From positions 128,001 to 192,000 of the forward strand of contig CBFIDD010000002.1 of NCBI GenBank assembly GCA_965661285.1: a DNA stretch of 64,000 nt, read 5' to 3'. Below are positions 9,544 to 18,185 of the stretch, in pieces. The notes beneath the pieces are model-generated. The model was not told the DNA's origin, did not search any database, and was given only the letters and a program-made list of their open reading frames with translations. Every line of letters starts with the position of its first letter. Within the stretch, counting starts at the first letter, position 1. The position numbers and the translations under genes are program-made. Source of the DNA: Poseidonia sp. (GTDB taxonomy: Archaea; Thermoplasmatota; Poseidoniia; Poseidoniales; Poseidoniaceae).

Positions 9544-10478
9544 GTAAGATGGCCGCCACCCGAGACGGGTACGGCGAGGCGCTCCTCGAACTTGCTTCCA
9601 ACCCCAAGGTTGTTGTCCTTGAAGCCGACCTCGGCAAGTCCACCAAGTCGCTTCACTTTCGCAAAGCCCATCCCGAACGAACCGTATCCTGCGGCATTGG
9701 TGAGCAAAACATGCTCCTCGTGGGCGCAGGCCTTGCGGCTTCGGGCTACATTCCATTTGCCAGCACCTTCGCCATCTTTACCGAGCGTGCCTTTGAACAG
9801 ATGCGAAACGGTGTTGCCAGGCCGAATCTTGCTGTCCATGTCTGTGGAAGCCACGGAGGAACGCATACGGGGACCGACGGGTCATCTGCACAATCCATTG
9901 AGGATCTCGCCATTTACCGCACCCTGCCCAACGTCATTGTCCTGCACCCAAGCGATATTGTTTCCACCAAAGTACTGACGATGCAACTGGCCGAAACCGG
10001 ATCACCCTCCTACACGCGCACAGCACGAAACAAGACGCCCGTCTTGTACGAAGGTCGCGAAACTGAAATTGAAATCGGCAAAGGCGTGATTCTGAAAGAA
10101 GGTACGGACGTTGCCATCATCGCCTGCGGCGTCATGGTTTCCCAGTCTCTTGAGGCAGCAGAGGCACTCGCTTCAGAAGGCATCAACGCCACGATTGTTG
10201 ACATGCACACCTTGAAGCCGCTCGACGGAGACCTCGTCAACCGCCTGGTGGAATCCTGCGGTGCGATCGTTACCGCAGAGGACCACAGCGTTATCGGGGG
10301 CCTTGGTGGAGCTGTCGCCGAACACTTGACGGCGAACACGTACGCCCCACTGGAGCGCGTGGGCGTTCAGGACCGATTCGGCGAGTCCGGTCAAGCCGAC
10401 GAGATGCTCGAAGTCATGCAAATTTCTGCACCCTACATCGCAGAGGCTGCGAAGCGAGCCATCGCTCGTAAGGGCTGA
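9540..10478 (+). CDS. Transketolase, C-terminal subunit
   Basis: ATRDGYG, GIGEQNM, EDHSVIGGLG and FGESG; ATGA overlap with the N-terminal subunit. Confidence 0.93.
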   Translation: MSKMAATRDGYGEALLELASNPKVVVLEADLGKSTKSLHFRKAHPERTVSCGIGEQNMLLVGAGLAASGYIPFASTFAIFTERAFEQMRNGVARPNLAVHVCGSHGGTHTGTDGSSAQSIEDLAIYRTLPNVIVLHPSDIVSTKVLTMQLAETGSPSYTRTARNKTPVLYEGRETEIEIGKGVILKEGTDVAIIACGVMVSQSLEAAEALASEGINATIVDMHTLKPLDGDLVNRLVESCGAIVTAEDHSVIGGLGGAVAEHLTANTYAPLERVGVQDRFGESGQADEMLEVMQISAPYIAEAAKRAIARKG

Positions 10479-10535
10479 GAACACCGCAACGTCCTCGGGG
10501 GAGAGTTCATAGAACCTCTTCATTGAACAGGGCTC

Positions 10536-11195
10536 ATGGAGTTCTTCCTTGACACCGCAGACGTTGACGAAATCAGAGAAATCGCCGCATGGGGCATCCT
10601 CGACGGCGTGACAACCAACCCGTCCCTCATCAAAAAATCCGGAAGGGATTTCAAGGAAGTTGTACGCGAAATCGCCGGCATTTGCTCAGGCCCAATTTCC
10701 GCCGAAGTCACCGCCATGGACACGCCTGGAATGGTGGAACAAGGGCGCGCACTCAAGGCAGAGCTGCCTGACAATGTCATCATCAAGATTCCATGCACGC
10801 CAGAAGGACTCGCAGCAACCAAAATTTTGACCGAAGACGGCATTGACACCAATGTCACGCTCATCTTCTCCGCATCACAAGCCCTGATGGCGGCCAAAGC
10901 CGGTGCTACCTACGTCTCCCCGTTCATCGGACGCATCGACGACACCGGCCACGACGGCATGGAACTCATCGCTGAGATCATGAACACCTGGGCCAATTAC
11001 AACCTCGACACGAAAGTGCTTGCTGCCTCTGTGCGTCACCCAACTCACGTGCTCCAGTGCATCCAACTGGGCGCACACACGGCGACCATGCCCGCCAAGA
11101 CCTTCCGCCAACTCATGAGCCATCCGCTGACCGACCGTGGACTCGAAGGCTTCATGCGCGATTGGGCCGAAGTCGAAAAGGCTGGCAAAGCGTGA
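10536..11195 (+). CDS. tal: Transaldolase (fructose-6-phosphate aldolase family)
   Basis: [13 protein letters not shown], Schiff-base [19 protein letters not shown] and HPLTD. Confidence 0.92.
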   Translation: MEFFLDTADVDEIREIAAWGILDGVTTNPSLIKKSGRDFKEVVREIAGICSGPISAEVTAMDTPGMVEQGRALKAELPDNVIIKIPCTPEGLAATKILTEDGIDTNVTLIFSASQALMAAKAGATYVSPFIGRIDDTGHDGMELIAEIMNTWANYNLDTKVLAASVRHPTHVLQCIQLGAHTATMPAKTFRQLMSHPLTDRGLEGFMRDWAEVEKAGKA

Positions 11196-11227
11196 CACCG
11201 GCCGATCTCTGACATCCAACAACGGCC

Positions 11228-11770
11228 TTATTTGCCGTGAGAAAACGCCACCAAATCATCGATAGGGAGATGATCGGCTGTGTCCCTACAATAGTGGGCC
11301 TTCACCACCGTACCGGATTCGTCAATCAGTATGTCAGCTGGAATGGTCGAAAGTTTGGAGACAGAGAGGGTCAAGGGAACATAACCTCGCATGGTTGCTT
11401 GAAGGAGGGTTAACGGGGACTTTGCAGCACCAAAAACGAATTTCCCAAAGGATTTCCGGATGCCGTTGTTGAGGAAGTGCTCGTAGGTTTCATCGGCTAC
11501 GATGGTGAACGGAGCGCTGTGCTTCTTCATACGCTTGGCCAATTCGTCAACACCCGCATCAAAAACACCCACCATCACGGCGTCCTTGCTAAACTCGTCC
11601 CACCGCTGAACAATTCTTCTGATTCTCATGTTGCACAATGGACAAGATGAAAATCGAAAGAAGGTGAGAATCACGCGCTTCCCTTTAACCTTGGACAGGT
11701 CAAAGACGGAACCGTCGATAGCGGGCAGGACAAGGTTTGGTGCAGAAGTGCCAGCAACAAGTCGTGTCAT
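11228..11770 (-). CDS. Peroxiredoxin-like AhpC/TSA redoxin
   Basis: FFRFSSCPLC CxxC motif in a thioredoxin fold; PADILIDESG. Confidence 0.75.
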   Translation of the reverse strand: MTRLVAGTSAPNLVLPAIDGSVFDLSKVKGKRVILTFFRFSSCPLCNMRIRRIVQRWDEFSKDAVMVGVFDAGVDELAKRMKKHSAPFTIVADETYEHFLNNGIRKSFGKFVFGAAKSPLTLLQATMRGYVPLTLSVSKLSTIPADILIDESGTVVKAHYCRDTADHLPIDDLVAFSHGK

Positions 11771-11859
11771 GTAGTGAGCATCCTTGGCTCTTTAATCACC
11801 CTTCCTATTGTTGCGACCATCAGCCCCGGGGCCGGTGCACGAAGCCATGTTCTTTTTCC

Positions 11860-12885
11860 CTAGCGAGAAGCGAGCGTGAGGTTCTTCCACATCTCTTCTG
11901 GAACCTCCATGGCGAGTCGAAGACCGCCCATGGCGCCCAAACGGACGGGGTCGTCAACCACGTGAACGTTCACGTCGCCCATGTCGGAAAGGCGTCGCTC
12001 AATGAGGGCTCCAAGGCCCTTGATGGAGGAACCGCCGCCGGCGAGGACCATGTTCTTGCGGAACTCGTCGTGGTATTCGGGGTTGGACTCGGCGATGAGC
12101 TTCTTGACGTTCTCCACGATAGGGTCAACGATGGATTCGCAGGCGCGCTGCATGCAATCGGTGATGTCGAGGGTCATGGCCTTGCCTTCGATGGAAAAGT
12201 CAACCAGCACAGGCTCGTCAGGAGCGGCGGTGGACACGAAGGAGAACTGCTCTTTCCAGCGTCGGGCCATGTCCTTGGTGATTTGAGCACCGTTGTACTT
12301 GGACTGGATTTCCTTGATGAGTTGGTTGTCGACGAAGTCGCCAGCGTGTCCGGTGTGCATCTGGTCGCCAGGTCCGGGGATGGTTCCGTAGACACGGCAA
12401 AGGTCAGTAGTACCAGCGCCGATGTCAATGACGAGGGTGTGGGTGATCATATCAAGCGCGTAAGCGACAGCAAACGGCTCGGAGATGATCATGGCGGAGT
12501 TCACAGAGCCTGCGGCTGCGTCAAAAATGGCCGTTTTGTCAACGTGGCTGGCTTCAGCGGGCGCACCGATGACGGCGACCACACGGTCGTATTCCTCTGG
12601 GTCGGAAAGACCGATGAGGTGTGTGATGAAGTGAGCGATGAATTCGCGGTCTTCAAGAGTATCCTTGATGACGCCGAGTTCGAGCGGACGGAAGAGATTC
12701 AGTGCGAGGCGGTTCTTCAGCGCTTCATTGCCAAAAAGCACATCTCGCTTCAAGAAGTTGCGTGCAATAGGGTCCTTTGGCGTACCGATGACCGTCAATT
12801 CTTCCACTTCGTGGCTGTCGGAGGAGACCATCACCGAGCGGAAGGTTCCCAAGTCGATTCCAATATACAACACGTCGTTTGCCAT
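11860..12885 (-). CDS. Actin-like ATPase, MamK/salactin-like
   Basis: IGIDLGT, SEPFAVAY, IDIGAGTTD, KEQFSFV and LAGGGS. Closer to MamK (PKD, GTxPGPxDQ, KEQFSFV) than to canonical MreB. Confidence 0.88.
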   Translation of the reverse strand: MANDVLYIGIDLGTFRSVMVSSDSHEVEELTVIGTPKDPIARNFLKRDVLFGNEALKNRLALNLFRPLELGVIKDTLEDREFIAHFITHLIGLSDPEEYDRVVAVIGAPAEASHVDKTAIFDAAAGSVNSAMIISEPFAVAYALDMITHTLVIDIGAGTTDLCRVYGTIPGPGDQMHTGHAGDFVDNQLIKEIQSKYNGAQITKDMARRWKEQFSFVSTAAPDEPVLVDFSIEGKAMTLDITDCMQRACESIVDPIVENVKKLIAESNPEYHDEFRKNMVLAGGGSSIKGLGALIERRLSDMGDVNVHVVDDPVRLGAMGGLRLAMEVPEEMWKNLTLASR

Positions 12886-13007
12886 AGGCGTAACCGTCTT
12901 TCGGATACCGCTTCACTTTATGAAGAGTCCCCACCATCATGATTGGCAAGGGTGTACGAACGCCATCCCCGGCCTTCTATAGAACACTGAATGAGGGGCG
13001 CAAATAC

Positions 13008-14024
13008 TCAACACCAGGCCTCGCAAGCATGGCAATACCATGCGGCATGCTCCACATACATCTCGGCCATACCACCGCAATCTGTGCATTCCTTCAGGGT
13101 ATTTTCCCCGCAGATATCCACCACCATTTGGACGTGATAGGCTTCGTCGATCTTAAGTTGTTCCCGCATGGCCCAAAGCAGTTGATCTTCGCTTGGAGAA
13201 ATGATGCCGTCTTCAAGCACCATCTCAACCACGTTGCGGTAGTCTTGGATGGTTGAGAAGTCACGGTGGTCAAGGACCACACCGCCTTTTTCGGCCACGA
13301 TGTCCGTGCCACCGGGGTCGTCTACAAAGATCACGAAGGACGCTGGTTTGAGACTGTCATCTCGCAACTCAAAGGAAATCCGTGCACCGTCCAGGTTGGC
13401 GTAGACGAGTTTGGATGAGCGGTTGATGACGTTGGTGATCGAACGTGCGGTGGTTTCAGCGTTTGGTCCACGCTTCCAACCGGTTGGGCTTCGTTCGTTG
13501 TAGGCATAGAACTCCGTCCCTTTCCCGGGATATTCAAGACGAATTTCTTCTCCACCGTCAAAACCGTTGGAGACGATGGTGATGGCGGCGACTTCGGTTG
13601 AAAGGATGTTATCGTCGTCATCAAAGCTGATCATCAGCGGCTTGCGTTCCTCGGCCGCAGCGTTGTAGTGACCCTGCATGCCGCTCATCCATTTGTCTTC
13701 AAGCCGCTTGAGGGTTTGCTCTTGTTCTCCCGTGAGGTTCTTATCGATGCCGAGCACATTCGCGAGTTCACCTGCGGCCATCTCTTGTTTGAATTGCTCA
13801 ATTTTCTCAGCGTCTCTCCTGTGTGTCGGGGGCTGGATGCGCTTGCGTTCTTCTTTGTAGTTCGGGTCAGCCCACTCGTGGCCACATGAACCGCATTGAA
13901 GGTACCCCTTCATCGTCGAATCTTGAGCATCGCCACCGCATCGCGGACAATCACCATCTTCGTTGTAACCAAGGTTGGATTTGGCTTCCTCACGCCCTTT
14001 CCTCATGCCACCAAAGCCTGCCAT
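13008..14024 (-). CDS. Hypothetical protein: N- and C-terminal Zn ribbons, coiled segment, TerB-like helical domain
   Basis: CPRC..CGSC at the N-terminus, CTDC..WYCHAC at the C-terminus, and YRNVVEMVLEDGIISPSE..LL..MREQLKI. Confidence 0.7.
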   Translation of the reverse strand: MAGFGGMRKGREEAKSNLGYNEDGDCPRCGGDAQDSTMKGYLQCGSCGHEWADPNYKEERKRIQPPTHRRDAEKIEQFKQEMAAGELANVLGIDKNLTGEQEQTLKRLEDKWMSGMQGHYNAAAEERKPLMISFDDDDNILSTEVAAITIVSNGFDGGEEIRLEYPGKGTEFYAYNERSPTGWKRGPNAETTARSITNVINRSSKLVYANLDGARISFELRDDSLKPASFVIFVDDPGGTDIVAEKGGVVLDHRDFSTIQDYRNVVEMVLEDGIISPSEDQLLWAMREQLKIDEAYHVQMVVDICGENTLKECTDCGGMAEMYVEHAAWYCHACEAWC

Positions 14025-14061
14025 GTCGGTTTGGTAGACTTTGCTTTCTATGAATGCTTTG

Positions 14062-14892
14062 TTAGTCGTGAATGGTTCGTGCTTTGAGCCCGTACCTCAC
14101 CAAACCCTCTTGGCCGTAGAGTCGGCGGAACACCAACTCCATTTGGGCATCCATTTCGAACGTCGTGTCCTCATCATCAACGGTCAAGAAGACACCACTG
14201 GGGCCGTCTTCGAGGCTGAGGAGCACCGTGCTCATACCACCAAGAATCGGGGCACGTAGAGAAAATTCTGACGGCGCACCTGCAGCAGACAGGGTGGTCC
14301 ATGTTTGAATCGAACCGCGTCGCTGAAGGTTAACGCTGGCGGTGTTGGTTCCGTTCACCATGTGGGAAAATCGGGGCGGCCAAATGATGTCATCGTCGGC
14401 TGACTGTGCGTGAAGTTGCAGCCGTGATGATGCGGCCTCCTCGTATTGTGCCCGAGAGACATAGGCCCCTTGACTCACGTGAGCCTCGGAGAGTTCCTGA
14501 GTCCATGCGGCTTCAATGGCTTCATTGAAGGCTGGATCGACTTCAACCTCCAGGGCAACCTGAGCGATTTCAACGTCAGCACCTTTCTTCGCAACGACGA
14601 TGATCGCTTGGTCGCTCATCAAGACCTCCCAAGGTGATTCACCTTCGCTGTCATCATCGTGAATCGATACCCCCGTCGCAGCGCTAAGGCTGAGGTCGTC
14701 TATTCCATCAGGGACGGAAATGGAGGCGATCTCATCGTGATTTATTCGGTGGAGCAAACCGGCGACAGCAAGCGTGGTCGCATCGCTATCGGCACCAAAC
14801 ACCCGCACACCGTTGAGAACAAACGGAGATTGAACCACGGTGTAGGTCGACTCGTGATGAAGCACATAGCCCATCCACACTTCTGTTGACAT
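14062..14892 (-). CDS. DUF35/OB-fold thiolase partner with N-terminal extension
   Basis: WPPR, GSIQTWTTL, GAPSEF, VFRRLY and YGLK OB-fold motifs. Start overlaps the thiolase stop. Confidence 0.75.
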   Translation of the reverse strand: MSTEVWMGYVLHHESTYTVVQSPFVLNGVRVFGADSDATTLAVAGLLHRINHDEIASISVPDGIDDLSLSAATGVSIHDDDSEGESPWEVLMSDQAIIVVAKKGADVEIAQVALEVEVDPAFNEAIEAAWTQELSEAHVSQGAYVSRAQYEEAASSRLQLHAQSADDDIIWPPRFSHMVNGTNTASVNLQRRGSIQTWTTLSAAGAPSEFSLRAPILGGMSTVLLSLEDGPSGVFLTVDDEDTTFEMDAQMELVFRRLYGQEGLVRYGLKARTIHD

Positions 14893-16061
14893 CAGCGTTC
14901 CCTCCCGAACACGTGTACAGAACATGTGGCGCCGGAGCCGCCAACGTTGTGCGTCAGTGCATGCTCCGCATCTCGAACTTGACGGTTGGTGTCTGCTTGG
15001 CCGCGAAGTTGTTTGAACACCTCGACCACTTGCCCGGTCCCGGTTGCACCGAGGGGATGTCCTTTGGATTTCAGGCCTCCACTTGAGTTCACCGTGGTGG
15101 TTCCTTGGTTGAGGCGGCCTTCACCCTCTCGCGCAAAGCGCCCGCCCTCTCCACGTTGAGCAAACCCGAGGTCCTCTGTCGCAAGGACTTCAGCGATGGT
15201 GAAGCAGTCATGGACCTCTGCGACATCGATTTGGCGCGGCGTGAGTCCTGCCATGGCGTAGGCCTTGGAGGAGGCGGTTTGGGTGGCTTTGAGTTGGGTG
15301 ATGCTCGGGCGGTCATGGAGGGCAAGGTTATCCGAAGCGGCACCAGCTCCTTTGACCCAAACGGGTGTATCGGTGAACTTCTGAGCGATGTGGTCGGCGG
15401 CCAAGACCACGCATGAAGCACCATCTGAGGTCGGACAGCAATCGTACAGCGTCAGCGGGTCGGCCACCATGAACCCACCGGCTGCCTTTTCGAAACTGAC
15501 TTCTTTTTGGATGTGGGCGTCCTTGTTCATGGACCCGTGGAGGTGGTTCTTCACGCTGACATGGACCAAGTCATCGTGGGTTGCGTCAAATTCGTGAAAG
15601 TAACGACGGGCCATAAGCGCGTAGGTGCCTGGAAACGTCAACCCGGCCAAACGCTCCCATTCTGTGTCGCCCGATACGCCAAGCCAGTAGCGTTTTCGTT
15701 CGGGCGTGAGGTCGTTCATTTTCTCAATCCCACCGGCGACGACAACATCCGCTTGACCGCTCTTGATGGCCATCCAGGCGTCCCGGAACGCAAAACCAGA
15801 GGAAGCACATGCGTTCTCGACCCTACGGACCGCCACCCCTTCCATGCCCGAATGTTCGGTGAGCAAGGCGGCGGTGTTGCCAAGTTGCGACCCACCAAAG
15901 GCGATGCTACCAATGAACGCTTCATCAACGGTCGCAGGGTCAAAATCGCCATCAATGCTGGCGAAGGCCTTGGAGGCCGCTTCAGCCCACATGCCTTTGA
16001 GACCGAGCGGGTGATTTCCGAACTTTGTTTGGCCAGCACCGACGACGGCGACATCCACCAT
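14892..16061 (-). CDS. Archaeal acetyl-CoA acetyltransferase (thiolase)
   Basis: VENACASS, DCCPTSDGA, AEVHDCF, GHPLGATG and HNVGG. Confidence 0.92.
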   Translation of the reverse strand: MVDVAVVGAGQTKFGNHPLGLKGMWAEAASKAFASIDGDFDPATVDEAFIGSIAFGGSQLGNTAALLTEHSGMEGVAVRRVENACASSGFAFRDAWMAIKSGQADVVVAGGIEKMNDLTPERKRYWLGVSGDTEWERLAGLTFPGTYALMARRYFHEFDATHDDLVHVSVKNHLHGSMNKDAHIQKEVSFEKAAGGFMVADPLTLYDCCPTSDGASCVVLAADHIAQKFTDTPVWVKGAGAASDNLALHDRPSITQLKATQTASSKAYAMAGLTPRQIDVAEVHDCFTIAEVLATEDLGFAQRGEGGRFAREGEGRLNQGTTTVNSSGGLKSKGHPLGATGTGQVVEVFKQLRGQADTNRQVRDAEHALTHNVGGSGATCSVHVFGRER

Positions 16062-16168
16062 GAAGAGACGAGGAGGACGAGGCATTTCATACCCCCGCAT
16101 CGTTTGCCATCAAGACCGAAGGATTCACGCAACCCAGCCCGTAGGGTTCTTGAACAGGTCGCACCCGC

Positions 16169-16867
16169 ATGGATATCATGCTACGCCAATGTCGAGCCCA
16201 CGGACACTTCTCCGGGACCAACTGCCCGGTTTGTAATGACGAAGGTAAATTCATCATGAGCGACAGAGAAGCCAATTCACTCGGCCGTATCTTGGCCCTC
16301 GTGCTGCGCCACGCTCCTGAAAAATTCAACGTTGACATGGACATCAACGGATGGGTGAACACTCGAGAACTCTCAGAGGCCATTGGAAACCAGCGACGCC
16401 ACTACCATTGGCTTCGAGGATGGCACTTCGAGGCGATTGCCAACGCCGACGAAAAGGGACGATACCAAGTCGAAAACGGAATGATTCGTGCAACGTACGG
16501 CCACTCCATTGAACTGGACCTTGACCTCCCAACCGACGACATCCCCGAAGTTCTCTACTTCCCCTGCGAAGGTGAAGAGGTTGAAACACACCTCGAATTC
16601 GGATTGACGGGTGGCGACCGAAAGAACGTCCACCTTTCACGCTCCATCCACAACGCCATGGAAGCCGGCCACGTGCGTATCGACCGTCCAACGATTCTTG
16701 AGATCGACACCGTTCGTGCCATCGCAGACGGCCACACCATCTACCGTGCTGGAACCACGGTGTTCCTGACCGATGAGGTGCCGGGAGAATACCTCTACAA
16801 GGTTGATGAAGACGACCCCATGATCCAAGAAATGGTTGAACAGTGGGAACGTGAAGAAGAAGAGTAA
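16169..16867 (+). CDS. kptA: RNA 2'-phosphotransferase (Tpt1/KptA)
   Basis: LRHAP, GWV, GRY, IRATYGHS and VHLS; N-terminal CxxHG..CPxC. Confidence 0.9.
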   Translation: MDIMLRQCRAHGHFSGTNCPVCNDEGKFIMSDREANSLGRILALVLRHAPEKFNVDMDINGWVNTRELSEAIGNQRRHYHWLRGWHFEAIANADEKGRYQVENGMIRATYGHSIELDLDLPTDDIPEVLYFPCEGEEVETHLEFGLTGGDRKNVHLSRSIHNAMEAGHVRIDRPTILEIDTVRAIADGHTIYRAGTTVFLTDEVPGEYLYKVDEDDPMIQEMVEQWEREEEE

Positions 16868-16871
16868 TCGC

Positions 16872-17207
16872 TTACTTTTCGACACCGCACGCTGGACAAA
16901 ATGCCAAATCAGGTTCAAACACAGCTTTGCAAACAGAACAGTGGTCCGTCCCTGTCATCAGCGCTTCGACCTTTTTCGGAGCAGGTGCGGGCGTGATGCC
17001 GGATTCGGATTCAACCAATCGAATCGGGTCGATGCCATGGCGTTGAAGTTCCTCAATACGATTCTTGTAAATGATGGCTTCTTGGAGCGCACACTCGAGT
17101 TGCCACAGCCGTTGCTCTCGCTCCTTACCATCTGCAATGGTCTGTGCTTCCTCAACACAGACTTGCAAATGACGCATGAAGGCATCAACAGTTGGTTCCT
17201 CGGCCAT
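16872..17207 (-). CDS. Hypothetical coiled-coil protein with C-terminal Zn ribbon
   Basis: Helical N-terminus followed by CSVC...FCPACG. Confidence 0.65.
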   Translation of the reverse strand: MAEEPTVDAFMRHLQVCVEEAQTIADGKEREQRLWQLECALQEAIIYKNRIEELQRHGIDPIRLVESESGITPAPAPKKVEALMTGTDHCSVCKAVFEPDLAFCPACGVEK

Positions 17208-17318
17208 GAGGTGCACTCCCATACCGTTCTTCATCAAACCTTGCCCGAGACTGTGCCCACCTCTCAGCTTTGCTCAACCGTGCGGTAGCCTCATGACACG
17301 CTGCGGTGTGGGGGCATC

Positions 17319-18134
17319 ATGCGTAAACGCGTCGTCGTCAAATGGGGCGGGGGCCTCATCACGCAGAAAGATACCATGAAAACCGTACGACACGATGTGC
17401 TCGATGGTTTGGCGGAACAGTTGGAGGCGTGTCTCCTGGACGGCATGGATGTTGTGTTGGTTCACGGTGCTGGCTCATTTGGCCATCTCAAGGCGAAGCG
17501 GTACAAACTCGCCGAAGGAAAAGTGGACGATGAACATCTTCCAAGTGACCGCTCGCAAGAAGAGGCCGTGGTCGATGTTCGCAACGACATGCTCGAACTC
17601 AACCAGCACGTCTTAGCGGCGTTGACCAAACGAGATGTATCGGCGGTGTCACTCCCTCCACACCAGTGGGCACGCAATACGGGCCCGTCGTTCGAGGGAG
17701 ATTTGGCCCTCTTTGAATCAGCCCCTCAAGGCATCGTCGTGGTCACCCACGGCGATGTCGTCGATTGCGATGAGCCGATGCAGTTTGGTATTCTCTCTGG
17801 CGATGATCTGGTCTACCGTTTGGCTACCGAACTGAGTGGCGTGAAGCGCCTTGTCTTTGCCATGGGAGGTGTTGAAGGTGTACTTTCACAGCCGCCAAAC
17901 GGAGATAACGATGAGGAGAAACTCATCGCATCACTTCACCAACACGACGGATTCGAAGGCCTCCACATGAGTGGCATGGACGTCACTGGAGGTATTGGGC
18001 TCAAAGTTGAGCGTGGATTCCAAACCGCACAAAAAGGCATTGAGGTCCACCTCGTCAGTGGAGAACTTGAGCATCGTGTGCGAGATGCATGCCTCGGAAA
18101 GGATGTGCGTGGCACAGTTCTCCGTCCGTCATGA
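17319..18134 (+). CDS. ipk: Isopentenyl phosphate kinase
   Basis: KWGGGLIT, HGAGSFGH (IPK-specific His), SGDD and DVTGGI. Confidence 0.9.
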   Translation: MRKRVVVKWGGGLITQKDTMKTVRHDVLDGLAEQLEACLLDGMDVVLVHGAGSFGHLKAKRYKLAEGKVDDEHLPSDRSQEEAVVDVRNDMLELNQHVLAALTKRDVSAVSLPPHQWARNTGPSFEGDLALFESAPQGIVVVTHGDVVDCDEPMQFGILSGDDLVYRLATELSGVKRLVFAMGGVEGVLSQPPNGDNDEEKLIASLHQHDGFEGLHMSGMDVTGGIGLKVERGFQTAQKGIEVHLVSGELEHRVRDACLGKDVRGTVLRPS

Positions 18135-18185
18135 CGCAGAGAACTCTTCATGTAGCCTCCGCGACTCCACAAAGACGGTGAAACC

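Noticed and set aside
11860-12885. Magnetosome island
   Set aside because: No other mam/mms genes are present; a MamK-like actin alone does not imply magnetotaxis.
11737-12942. 401-aa ORF antisense to the actin gene
   Set aside because: Fully overlaps a well-supported gene and has no motifs.
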